DNA from: Octopus sinensis | Taxonomy: Eukaryota | Assembly (NCBI RefSeq): GCF_006345805.1 | Contig: NC_042999.1 | Span: 118,420,001-118,484,000 of the forward strand | Length of the DNA: 64,000 nt | Direction of reading: 5' to 3' | Part shown: positions 26,324-38,740 of the stretch, piece after piece | How positions within the stretch are numbered: position 1 is the first letter of the stretch | How the letters are laid out: each line of letters begins with the position of its first letter | Notes under the pieces: model-generated | What the model saw: only the letters and a program-made list of their open reading frames with translations | Database searches by the model: none | Told to the model about the DNA's origin: nothing | Position numbers and translations under genes: made by a program

Positions 26324-29275
26324 TAATCCAGCTACAAAAATGCCTCATGATAATAGCAAAGGAGAATGGGCACCAGCCAGCCAGCCCAAAGGTTGGGCTG
26401 CACCTGCCTACCTGTAAAAGGAAGGTGCAAGCACTTGTACTGGGTTGCGCAAGCATGACTTGCCTTATGATGGCTGATGGCCTAAGGAGAATCTTGGGGT
26501 AAGGTTGTGAAGTTGGAATGTGTGCAGTCTGTGTGGAAGGAGGACTGAGGTGTGTGAGGAATTGAGGAAGAGGAGGGTGGATGTGTGCTGTGTGCAAGAG
26601 GTTAGGTGGAGGGGCCAGGGTGTAAGATTTGTGGGGGTCAAGGGAAAAAGGTACAAGTTGTGGTGGTTGGAAAATAGCAAGGGGACTGGAGGTGTGGGAA
26701 TTTTGGTGAAGGAAGAAATCTGTGAGAAGGTGGTAGAGGTCAGGAGAAAGAGAGACGGAGTGATGATAATAGTATTAGCATTTGAGGAAGAGGGGGTGCG
26801 GGTATTTTGTGGGTATGGTCCACAAAGTGGAAGAGGGATCACTCCAAAAGGGCAGTTCTTTGTTGAAATGGCGAATGAGTGGGACTTACAAAAGGTAGAT
26901 GAATTGGTTTGGGGCATGGGTGATTTTGATGGACATGTTGGGAAATGGATCCATGGCATTGAGGGCATGCATGGGGGAAATGGAATTGGGGTGAAAGATT
27001 TGGAAGGAAGGATGCTGTTAGAGTTTTGTGATGAGAAAGCGTTGTGTGTGGTGAATACATGGTTTAGAAAAACAGAGAAAAGGAAGGTGACTTTTAGTGC
27101 AGGAGGGAATGAGACAGAGATTGATTTCATGTTGGTTGGCAGGAGGCAAAATAGAAAATATCTGAGAGATGTAAAGACAATACCAGGGGAGTTGCAGCAC
27201 AGGTTGGTGATTGCTGACTTGGATAAGAGGGAAGTTACAAAGTGTGTGAGAAAGGGAATGGCTGAGAGGAGAAAGGTCCAGAAACTGAAAGAAGAAACAA
27301 AGCAAGGTTTGAGGAGAGAGTTGGGGAGTTAGTAAGCATTGATGCACCAGAAGTGAGTGGAAGGACGAAGGGTAGGAGAGATCAAGGAAATATGTGATGG
27401 TGGAAGGAGGAGGTGAGGAATGCTACAGTGAGGAAGAAGGAGGCACACAAAGCTTTATGTAATAATAGGAATGAGCAAATGAAAGTCAGGTATAATAACA
27501 TGAAGAAACATGCAAAAAGGGGGTGGTTGTGAGATCTATGTAGAAGGAGGCTGAGGAGAGGTTGAGCAGGCTGGAGGAGAACCCAGATAGAGCGTTTAGG
27601 TTTATTAAATCAATGAAAAATGATGGAAGAGATGTTGAGGGAGAAAGATGCATGAGGGGGAGTGATGGAAGGTTGAATTTTAGTAAGGACAGGGGGAAGA
27701 GTTTAGAAGGAGCATATGGAAGGAATTATGAATGAGGAGAATGAATGGGATCAGAGGGTGGAAATTGCCATAGTGCAGGTGCCAGTGGAGAGGGTTAGTC
27801 AGGAAGAAGTAGTGGAGACAATGAAGGAAATGAAAGCAGGGAAGACAGCTGGTCTGTCAGAAATAAGTGTGGAAATGATAACTGCAAGTGGAAAGATAGG
27901 GATTGTTGTGATGATGGAACTCTGCCAGGAAATGCTGGATGGAAGAGGAATGCCAGATGATTGGGTACTAAGTGTGGTGGTACCAATTACAAAGGGGAAG
28001 TGAGATGTGATGAGTTGTGGGGAGTATAGAGGAGTGAAGTTATTGGAGCATGCAATGAAGATAATGGAAAGGGTGTTGGAGAGGAGAATTTGGAAAGGGG
28101 TAGATGTGGATGAGATGCAATTTGGTTTTATGCCAGGAAGGAGGACAATAGATGCAGTGTTCCTTGTAAGGAGATTGCAGGAGGAATACTGAGATAAAGG
28201 GAAGGAGTTGTACATATGCTTCGTTGATCAGGAGAAGGCATTTGATAGGGTTCCAAGGAAGGTGATTGAATGGGCATTGAGGAAGAGAGGTGTACTAGAG
28301 GTAATAGTGAGAACAGTGATGAGTTTGTATGTGTGAGCATTGAATCAGAGCTGTCAGAGGAGTTTGTAGTGGAAGTTGGTGTGCATCAGGGATCTGTGTT
28401 GTCACTATTGTTGTTTGCAATAGTGGTTGATGTGGTAATGGAGAGTGCAAGAGAGGGACTGCTAATGGAGATACTGTATACAGATTACATTGTTCTGATG
28501 AGTGAGACGATGGAGGGATTGAGGGAGAGTTTTGGAAATGGAAGGAGGCATTTGAGAGCAAGGGTTTGAAGGTACAAATCAGGAAGATAAAGGTGATAGT
28601 GAGTGGGGTGGAAGGAGAAGTATTAGTAAGGTGGATCTATGTGGTGTATGTGGAAGGAGGGCAATGACAAATACAGTGTTGTGTACAAAATGTGAGAAAT
28701 GGATTCATGGTAGATGTATGAAAATGAAGAAGGTGATCCCAAGACTGGCAAGAAAGTTTGTTTGTGGAAGATGAGAGAAAGGAGCTGGAGGGCTGGCAAG
28801 GTCAGTGGAAACACTATGTGATGGGAGGAGACAGTGAGAGGGTTTTGTTAATTGGGAGATAAGGTGGATGTTAGTGGTGGATGTGATTTGACAGCAAGAG
28901 CAAGACTTGGCTGGGTGAAGTTCAGGGAATGTGGAGCAATATTATATGGAAAAAGGTTGAAAGGAAAGGTGTGAGAGATGCGATGCTCCAAGGGTGAATG
29001 GAGTGCAGTGATATGAGCATGTGTTGAGGAGGGATGAGGAGCATGTTCTGAAGAGGGTGCTAGAGTTTGAGGTAAACAGACAGCAAAAGCGAGTTAGACT
29101 GAGGAAAATGAGGACAGGATAGGTGGATGAGGAGATTGGGAGGGTTGGCTTAAGAAGGGAGAATGTCCAAAACTGGAAAAGATGGTGAGATGGTTGCTAT
29201 GGCATTGAGATAGATCCAGCCACCCCCATTAATGGGGACAAAACCCGGATTCAAAATGATGGATGATGATGATGA
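26324..29275 (+). mobile_element. Near full-length degenerate RTE-clade LINE (APE endonuclease + reverse transcriptase)
   Basis: APE motifs VDVCCVQEVRW, GGVGILV, MGDFDGHVG, EIDFMLV; RT motifs YRGVKLLEHAMKIMERVLE, QFGFMPGRRTIDAVF, VGVHQGSVLSLLLF, ILYTDYIVL; 3' hairpin and (GAT)n tail; many stops and frameshifts. Confidence 0.92.
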
Positions 29276-29331
29276 TATATATAAAAAGGATATATATATT
29301 TGCATTGGGAATCACTTCACATTGACAACCG

Positions 29332-29389
29332 GTGATTTCACATGCTGATGATGGGTCAAAATCCAGAAACCCGGGTCTGTGTGTATCAC
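29332..29389 (+). ncRNA. Minimal type-I hammerhead ribozyme fold (Penelope/retrozyme type)
   Basis: Stem I GTGAT-tt-CACATG / TGTGTG-t-ATCAC; core CTGATGA 29345-29351; stem II TGGG-tcaaaa-TCCA; GAAA 29366-29369; palindromic stem III ACCCGGGT; GTC cleavage triplet with C17 at 29377. Folded by eye. Confidence 0.8.
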
Positions 29390-29595
29390 ATCAGGTTGGA
29401 GATGGGAAGGATGGCTTCCCTTTGCAAATACTGATAGGGTACAGAAAGTGTGTCAGTAGCCAGCTGGAAGAGGTGTCTTCCTAGTGCTACAAGCTACAGT
29501 AGCATCCACCCTTAAGGGCTAGCCACATTTCAGTGGCAAATATATTTCATGATGTCATGCAGCTACTGTTTATACCTCACTCAGAGATTTATTAC

Positions 29596-29653
<58 letters not shown>

Positions 29654-31165
29654 CACACACACACACACATATGTATATATATATATATGTATGTATGTAT
29701 GTATGTATCTATGTATGTATGTATGTATACAGGTATGCATGTATAACTTTTAATTTAAAAATGAAGACCTTAATTTCTAAATTAAAAATTCTAAGGAAGT
29801 ATATTTATCCAAAGTAAGCAAGATATATTGACATTCAGGCAAAGAGTCTTCATTCTACTTTACATTTTCCCCTCTAAATCTTTATGGCTCTACAACATTA
29901 AGATATATAAAGAAATTACTTATAATATTCAATGAAAATATATTGTCAAAGCTTCTTTGCATAAATGAACATTTGTCTTCATTTATCAAAAAATCTCTTC
30001 TGGCAACAGCTTTTGTTAATCCATTGAATAATGAACTGCAGTTACATTAGTCGAGGATAAGATGAGAGGTTTTGTTTAAAAACTGAAATTGCTTTAATTC
30101 TCATTATTCATTCTTGTTTAAAATTGGTGGTTAAATTATTTAGTGAGAGCAGTATATTAAAGTTTACTGTATTTATTGATTAAATTACAGATTTCTTACT
30201 TTATTTCTTCACTTTTGAGAGAAAACTACTCCAGAATTTAGACATTTTTTTTACTATATTAATAAAGATGGAGGACCGCACCTTAAAGGGAGATTGACAG
30301 TGTATTTTGTATTACAGAATATGATTGCAAATATGAAAGGGAAAAATCACTGTCTCTGAAATGCACATACTCATGCACAGACATGCCCATGTTTTATTTC
30401 ATTCTAATTCAACTTCATCTTTCTTGGAAGATAATCAGAATTCACTAGTTTTCCTTAAGCCATTTGATATTAATCCACCTGAGACCATCTTAGTTCTAGG
30501 ATACAAACTTTCTGTTTGAATGTGGTCTAAATTAAAACTTCCCATCAAAATTTTGTGTTAATTTATGTTTCAAAAACCAGCTTGATAATTACAAAGTGAT
30601 TTTAGAAAATTTTTCAGTATTTAAAAGAATATAATGGTAGTGTATTTCAGTTGAAATATGGTAACAAAAAGGTTAAATCATCATCATCATCATCATCGTT
30701 TAACGTCCGCTTTCCATGCTAGCATGGGTTGGACGGTTCAACTGGGGTCTGGCAAGCCCGAAGGCTACACCAGGCCAGTCAGATCTGGCAGTGTTTCTAC
30801 AGCTGGATGCCCTTCCTAACACCAACCACTCCGAGAGTGTAGTGGGTGATTTTATGTGCCACCGACACAGGCACAAATATAGGTATTTTTTGTTTGGTAT
30901 TATTTCTTCTGGTTAAAACATACAATACATGTTGTAATCTAATGTTGGTCTGTTATAACGTCCACTCCAGTATAGCAGTATATTTAGTCAGGTAAGACAC
31001 GACTATCTATGACCGACTCCCCCAAATTCTCCTATGTCAAAGTATTTGTAATGATTATTACATACCACTCATTGCATGGGGGGAGTATTCCATTATTATT
31101 ATCATTTCCATAATGATCTATGATTAATATTTTCTCTCAGGTCTTTTATATAAACAAATGCAGAT

Positions 31166-31207
<42 letters not shown>

Positions 31208-33111
31208 CACTATTTATATAATGTTGTTATTGCTGTTATTATTGTTTATCTCCATGTCTTGGTGATCCTGCCATTTTGTTAAACATAGTGTCCCTCGGAC
31301 TGCATTATTTAAAGTGTCATTCCTTTCTTTAAGACAGCAAGATATGATTTGAGGTGGATTTAACAACTATTTCTAACAGTTAAATAACATAAAATCTACA
31401 CCTTTGGTTTCTTTTGCATAATGCTTTGAATACTATCAAGAGTTGTTCAGCTTTGAAACTCAAAATATTTATCTTAAAATGTCAGAGGTGTTCAAGTGTT
31501 TTGATATTTCATGGGAATCCTTGAAACAGGAAATTTCTGTATCTCTGTTTGTCTGTAAAATGTCCTTGCACTTCAAAACTGTTCAGGTTCTTATAAGTGG
31601 TAAATGCAATTTCTTTTGCTCTTTTTTGCCATTGCTAACACCAACACTAAAATTGTAAAGCAGGAATTTATGCAATTATCATGTTGTTGAATCTGAGAAA
31701 GCTTTCTAGATAAATACGCAATCCCTTGTCACCAATAAATCTCAAGAACAGCTTTAATTCCTGAACAGGATTTCTTTAAAACAGATCTCTTTGGCTGGGG
31801 ATAAGCAAACAGTGCAAGAGATATGTTTATATTTGTTTTTAAACAACAATGTTTCTGCAAACATCAGCAATAACATTAGTCTCTGTCTGTGAGTCTGAGT
31901 ACTACACAACAACTGAAATGCAAATAATGATTGCAGAATTTTTTTTTTATATTACATCATTTACTTTTATTATAGTTCTGTGTTGTCTAACACTCTGGAA
32001 TCAACTCAAATATCAGTGATTGATCTTGTTCAATAGATTATAAAACACTGTGGAGTGTAATCCAAGCAGGAGAAAATATTTTGTTCCTTTGCAACAATAT
32101 GTTTAGTCAAACATTCTTTTGTTTCTATTTAACTTTATTCTATACACCACTTTGTCAAAGATAGCATTCAATCAATTAAATTAAACATATGGAAGGGAAA
32201 AAATATCCTAAACTATCATTATCAGACCTATTATTTAGCATTTCAGCTCAGCTAATTGCTCTCTCCACCCACCCCTCTTCCTCCTCTCTCTTCTTTTTAG
32301 AAAAACATACCGTAAAAGCACCCATGCAGTGATGCATAAAAGTGTCAGTGCAGTGCCACATAAAGTTGCCTGAGCAGCACCACATAAAAGGACCCACATG
32401 GTGCCACATAAAAGCACCCAGTACACTCTGTAAAGTGTTTGGCATTAAGAAAGGCATCCAGCTGTAGAAGCCATGTCAAATCTGACTTGAGTCTAGTGCA
32501 GCTCCCCAGCTTGCCAGCATGGACAATGGATGTTAAATGATGATGATGATGATGATGATGATCTACTAAGTTTCTCATTTAGCTCAACTTTTCTTTTTCT
32601 TTTTTTTTTTCAATTCTTGATTTGTGAAACCAAAATTAAACATTTTTTGCACTAACTTCATCAATTAGCTTTGATTCCAAGTTTGACAGATGGTAAGAAC
32701 GTTATGAGCACTTACTTTTTTCTTCTTGTTTTTTGGTATGAAAACAATATCAAAGACACACTAATGATGAGGTGTCTATGCTGCATAAGTCTGAGAATTT
32801 AGAAACAACAATAAAAGATCATTTCCAAATCCTAACTCTGCCATTTTCCATAACTGAATATGACTCAATAGCAGCATGCACCGTGACTTCAATCTGTTTT
32901 AGATACTCAGACACTGACATCCTTTTATTGTTTGCACATTAGGTCCAGGGAATTCTTAAAATGTGACAGCTGGAGGAAGAGACTGTTGTATCCCACTACA
33001 TTGATTAATACTTTTTTATATTACTTCTTTAAAAATGAAAGGCAAAGCTGACCTCACAGAATTTAAAATGTGAATGTTAAGAAGTAGAACAAAGACAGCA
33101 AAGCATTTTAT

Positions 33112-33340
33112 TTAACCCTTTTGTTACTGTATTTATTTTGAGATGCTCTGTGTCTCTTTTAATTAATTTTAAATATAACAAAGAATTTAGTAAAACAACA
33201 TAGTTATCAGTAAGCTAGTGTTAGGAACATAAATTGTGACTAAGTTTTGGTGGAAGATTTTAATTCAAAACTTATGAAAACAAAACATTTGTACTCAGAG
33301 CCAGAGCTGGTTTCAGCCGGGTTGGCAATGAAAGGGTTAA
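33112..33340 (-). mobile_element. piggyBac-type MITE copy
   Basis: TTAA|CCCTTTT...AAAGGG|TTAA; reverse complement of 2302-2531. Confidence 0.88.
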
Positions 33341-34619
33341 TGCTCTAGCAAATATACTAATCCATTACCTGGTTTATACTTTACATTATCAGTCCTGAGA
33401 GGTGAAAAGCAAAGTTGACTTTGGTGGGTTTAAATTCCTAACAGTAACCAGCAACCATTTTGTCCACTGCTCTAACAATTCTGCCACTCTACAACTTAGG
33501 AGCAATTCTTCCAGTTCACTGTCCAAATTCTACCCTATTATCTTAAATTTAAAAAATGATTCATAGGAGAAATATCAATATCAAATTTTGGTACAAGGCT
33601 AGTAATTGAGGTGGGGTAAGTAGTCAGCTGGTATTTATTCTATCAACCCTCAAAAGGATGGAAGGCAAAGTTGACATTGGCAGAATTTCAACTCAGAACA
33701 TAAAGACAGACAAAATGCCAGAAAGCATTGTGCTTGACATGCTAATGATTCTGCCAGCTCACCTTCTTATACTCATTAACCCTTTCGTTACCAACCTAGC
33801 TGAAACCGTCTCTGGCTCTGTAATACAAATGTCTTGTTTTCATAAGTTTTGAATTAAAATCCTCCACCAATCTGAGTCACAATTTATATTCCTAACACTA
33901 GCTGAGTTATTTTACTAAATTCTTTGTTTTATTTAAAGAAACACAGAGCATCTCAACAGAAATACAGTAACGAAAGAGTTAAATAAATATCAGCAAAGAT
34001 ATAGACTGACAAGATGGGCCAGGATTGAATGAATACCTTTGATTTGAAGTTTGCTTGAAAAAAACTTATCTAAGCTCAAACAACAACAATGTTCATGATG
34101 TCTGTAAGAATAACAGAGTTTTTAATTTTTAATCTTTGCCTCAATATGGATGTTTAAAGCTATATGTGTAGAAATAATCAATGGTGTGATGATCATTTGA
34201 ATTGATGAAGCCTCTTGCCCTACAAATTTTAAAGTTTGAGCAATGGACTGGCAGAATCATTTGAGCATCTACTAAAATATTTTGCAGTAATTGTTCTGGC
34301 TCATTACCTTCTAATTTCAAATTCCAACAAAGGAGCCTTGTCTTTCTTTCCTCTGAAGTTGATTAAAATATCAGTCCATCACTGGGGTCAATATAATCAA
34401 CTAACTTCTCCCTGTAAATTTCAGGTACTGTATATTTGTTGGAAGTAATTATTCAACAAATCATCACCTCCACTACTGCTGCTGCTGCCCTCCTTCTCCT
34501 CCTCCTGCTGCTACCACCACCACCACCGTCACCACCACTGCTGCTGCTGCTCCCCCTTCCTCCTCCTGCTTGTTTAATGTTCAGTATGCTTAATTTTATA
34601 GTGTGGTTTCACTGCACTA

Positions 34620-35340
34620 CATAGCAGTGTTTGGTTTTAGTTATATTCATTGTATTAAAGGTGTTTCATATAACGAGCTTGTAATATCTAACATGACCAT
34701 TTTCTGCATGTTATGCATATTTGTAAGTCCTGTGGTTTTGGTTATTCATCTGCATGGCTTTTTATCATCCTAAAAGCCTCCACTATTATAGGATTGTTTC
34801 TGATTGAAGTCAGATATGTTTTGAATGCACCACATATGGTCGTTATACCATTCCTGAAGCATTCCTGAATGCACCATATATGGTTGTTACACCATTCCTG
34901 TTATACCATTTCTTGTGTATGCTTATGCTGTCCATTTTCCATTTGGCATTTCTTTGTGCTGGCACAACTTCCGCAACTTCCACTCTATAATGTCTGTGGA
35001 CATTCTTTCTTAGCTAAGACTGGAAAGTCAGACACAATATGATTAATTGTGTCTTCTCCGTCTTCATATATTCTGCAGTTGCTTAGTGTGTATTCTATTT
35101 CATTACATTGATTTTGGTGGTTTCTAGTGGGGTGACTTTTGGTACACAATCAATAACTCTTTATTCTCTACTTTATATCCCTCACTTATCAGCCAGTATC
35201 AGGATTTTCTTCATTGACTTCCACTTTATTCAGCTTTTTCTATGACTGACTGTGAGATTTTCTCCTTTCATTACTTTATCATGACATTTTGCAACTTCCA
35301 TTTTAGCTAAGATTTTTTTTGTCAATTTCTGATATTTCTC
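34620..35340 (-). mobile_element. Older R4/Dong-like LINE 3' remnant
   Basis: Decayed CRIYEDGEDTINHIVSDFPVLAKKE zinc-knuckle region. Confidence 0.55.
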
Positions 35341-35475
35341 TTTTTTTTTTCCTCCTAACTATCTATCATTGAAGCCTCTGATGGCTTCTTTGAAGACAAA
35401 GCAGTTTTTGATTTTATTTATGATTTGTAGCGATTTGTATAAATTTATCATGATTCTGCACAAGATATATTATTA

Positions 35476-35506
<31 letters not shown>

Positions 35507-35751
35507 CATCTTCTTTCAATTCTGTTTCTGTTTCTTGCCAAGTGTCTTCCTGACACCTAGGGCAGAGAAACATACTGTATACATTTTAATGGTGGGCCAT
35601 TAAAATAAACACACCAGATTGTTCATTTACAATGTCATGTGATAGAGAAAAATGGGAAGATAGAGAGAAAAAGGAAAAAATAAAAAATAAATGGAAAAAA
35701 TAAAAAAAATAAAAAGTAAACAAATAGAAGTGGGGAAAAGGAAGGAAATTT

Positions 35752-38500
35752 CAGAGTGACAATGTTCTTCTCAATATGTAAGATGTACCAGTTAAGACAA
35801 TCTTTTGCACTTCCTGAAGGATGGTAAGCCAGGGATCATTCTTAAATAATTTTCAGTTCCTTTTTTGATCATTCCAAGTGCTCCTGCAATCACTGGTATT
35901 GTAACTATCTTGAGACGCCACATCTTTTTGATTTCAATTAGCAAATCTTTGTATTTTCTGATCTTATCAAATTCTTTTGCCGAGATGTTCTTGTCACAGG
36001 GTATGCTCATGTCAGACTTTACTGTTTTGGTCTTTCACAACAATATCTGGTTTATTTGCTTTGATGGTCTAATATGTACATACTGGGAAGTCCCAAAGAT
36101 TACTTACATTTTCTCCCTCAGTTACAGCCACAGGGTGGTGCTTGTACCATTTGTCAGCAGTTTTGATTTTATTGGGTTGGCAACTAAGTCCCTGCTGTTT
36201 TTTTAAATTAAAATTTTTTAAAAAGGTTTAATAAAAAATAACAACTAATTAATCAATAATGTATTCACCCTTCTTGTTTACAACTTTTTCCCAATGTTCA
36301 ACAAGATTTTCAATACCTCGTTGGTAGAAATCACCCGATTTCGACTCAAAAAATGAATCCAACCATCACTCAATTCTGCATTAGTGTTGAACAAAACTCT
36401 GCACATAGCATTTGAAAGAGATCGAAATAGGTGGAAATCTGTTGGTGCCAAATCAGGAGAATACGGCAGGTGTAGCAGCACTTCCTAGCCATGCACTTGA
36501 ATGACTTCCTTGGTCATATTAGCGACATAAGGGCGGGCATGGTCGTGCAGCAGAAGACCTCCATGCTGCCGATTAGGTCGTTTCTCTTGAATAGCCATGT
36601 TGAGTCGTTCCATCTGTTGAACATAGAGTTCTGCATTGACTGTTTGGTTCCGTTCAAGCAATTCATGAATGGATAATCACTTCCCAGTCCCACCATACAC
36701 ACAACATTGTTTTACGCAGATGAAGATCTTGTTTCATGTGCGATGTTGCTTGTTTACCAGGGCTTACCATTCCTTACACTGCTTCATATTGATGTACAGG
36801 CACCATTTTTCATCGCCAGTAATGATTCAGTAATCAAATCGTTGCTTGTATCCATGAGTTGAGTGGTGATGAGAAAGCAAACCAGCAGAGATTGTGGATT
36901 GTTGATTTTTGTAGTCACCTAAAGCATGTGGAACCCATGCTTCATACTTCTGAACGTTTCCCGTCGAATGAAGATGCTTCTCTATAGCAGTGTGGGAGCA
37001 TTCCATTTTCTCTGCCAGTTCCCTTGTCGTTTGACAAGAATTTTCGTGCAAATGTTGGTTTAATCTCTCTTCATCAAACTCAATTGGACGGCCAGAACGA
37101 AGTGCGTCTGTGAGGTAAAAATTTCCATTTTTGAACTTGGCATACCAATCACGAGCGGTTCTTTCAGCTATGGCACCCTCTCCATACACAGCACAAATGC
37201 TGCAAGCAGCTTTTGTTGCTTTAGAACCTTGATTAAAAACAAAAAGAAGGAGGTGTCGAAAATGCTCATTTTTCTTAACTTGACATTCCATTTTAATGAT
37301 CTGAAAATAAACAAAAATTAACTAAAATTAACTAGAAAAAAAAAAAAACAGACTCCAAAATGATTCCAAAATAGAATTCTCGAAAAAAAAAATAGATTCC
37401 AAAATTTACAAAAGCAATAAATTCCAAAATTTAAAAAAAATTGGCGGAAACTTAGTTGCCAACCCAATATAATGCTGATACACATTATCAAATGTAGATA
37501 TTGGCCAACTCTGTCATGTCTTGATTTGTACTCTACAGGTGCTAAAGCCTTACATCCTGAGATTAGGTGGTCCACTGTGTCTACCTCATTGTTGCAGTAT
37601 TAGCACTTTGGGTTTACATACACCATTTTTCATCACATTAGCTTGATAGTTCAAGATCAGTAAGTTCTTTCTTGGGTAGCCAAGATAATACCTTCACTCT
37701 CTGCCTTTAACCTGGAGCTCCATAGCTGCTGATGGGTGTGCTTCTGGTCTACATCAGTGTGTTTGCTGTGGGCCACATATTTGCCATGCAGAGGTTTTTG
37801 TTCCCACCTATCAGCCAATTGTTCAAACACATTTTGCTTTACTATTGATTTCACCTTCTTTGCAACTACAGTTGCTGCACTTCCATCATATTGTTCAACC
37901 TGGGTATTATGCATAAACTCACTTGAAAATTTTTTGCTCTCCTTCATAACAGAATGAAACTTCTTAGGTCTTTCATGATTTTCAACGAGCTTTAGTATCC
38001 AGTTGTTAGATGTTTCAAGATATTTTGCCAGTGCAATTGTGGTGATTTTGCAGGAAATTTCAAATTGAATCAAGCCTCGAACTCCTTGAGCTCTGGGTAG
38101 GTAAAGACAATCTGTGTCTGCCTTTGGGTGGTGCATCTTATTGCAAGTCAGCAGCTCACAGATTTTCCTGTCAATCTTCCATATTTCATGCATATTCCAG
38201 TTCAACACATTGAAACTGTAAATAACGACCAGAACTGCTAAGGAATTTATAGCTAACACCTTATTATGTGCATTTAACTCAGATTTAGGACTGCTTGAAC
38301 TCTCCTGGAACACTCCTTCCTGATCATCTCTTTCATACTTGCATGTTGAATGCCAGAGCCCTCACTTATTCCGAGGTATTTGAGATCTTTTTGACTGTGT
38401 CAACATCCAACATCACTGAATGTAAGTTCTTCAGTTTCCCTTTCTAGAAAGTGCCCTTGGCACGTCTATCAAGACCAAATTCCATTCCAATGTTATCACT
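35752..38500 (-). mobile_element. R4/Dong-like REL-endonuclease LINE remnant, split by a mariner
   Basis: HHPKADTDCLYLPRAQGVRGL, KPLHGKY, zinc knuckle ..DHLISGC..YKSRHDRV, REL domain NKPDIVV..DMSIPCDKNISAKEFDKIRKYKDL..IPVIAGALG. Confidence 0.88.
36172..37467 (-). mobile_element. Mariner transposon (second family) nested in an R4/Dong-like LINE
   Basis: Perfect TIR ttgggttggcaactaagt / acttagttgccaacccaa with TA duplication; ORF fragments FRHLLLFVFNQG..WVPHAL and HLPYSPDLAPTDFHLFRSL. Confidence 0.95.
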
Positions 38501-38539
38501 GAATGCTTTCATTAAAATTATTATTATTTGCCTTTGTAA

Positions 38540-38740
38540 GGCAGAATTGTTAGCATGCTGGATGAAATGCTTGCAGTATTTCGCCCATTGCTATGTTTTG
38601 AGTTCAAATTCCACTGAGATTAACTTGCCTTTCATCCGTTTGGGGTTGATAAATTAAGTACCAGTGAAACAGTGTGGTCGATGTAATCAACTAGTCCCCT
38701 TCCCCCAAATTTCAGGCCTTGTGCCAATAGTAGAAAGGAT
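38540..38740 (+). mobile_element. SINE family B copy
   Basis: Colinear with 10115-10329; ends in a (TAT)n tail. Confidence 0.8.

Noticed and set aside
26465-27130. 221-aa minus-strand ORF
   Set aside because: It is the antisense shadow of the RTE endonuclease frame.
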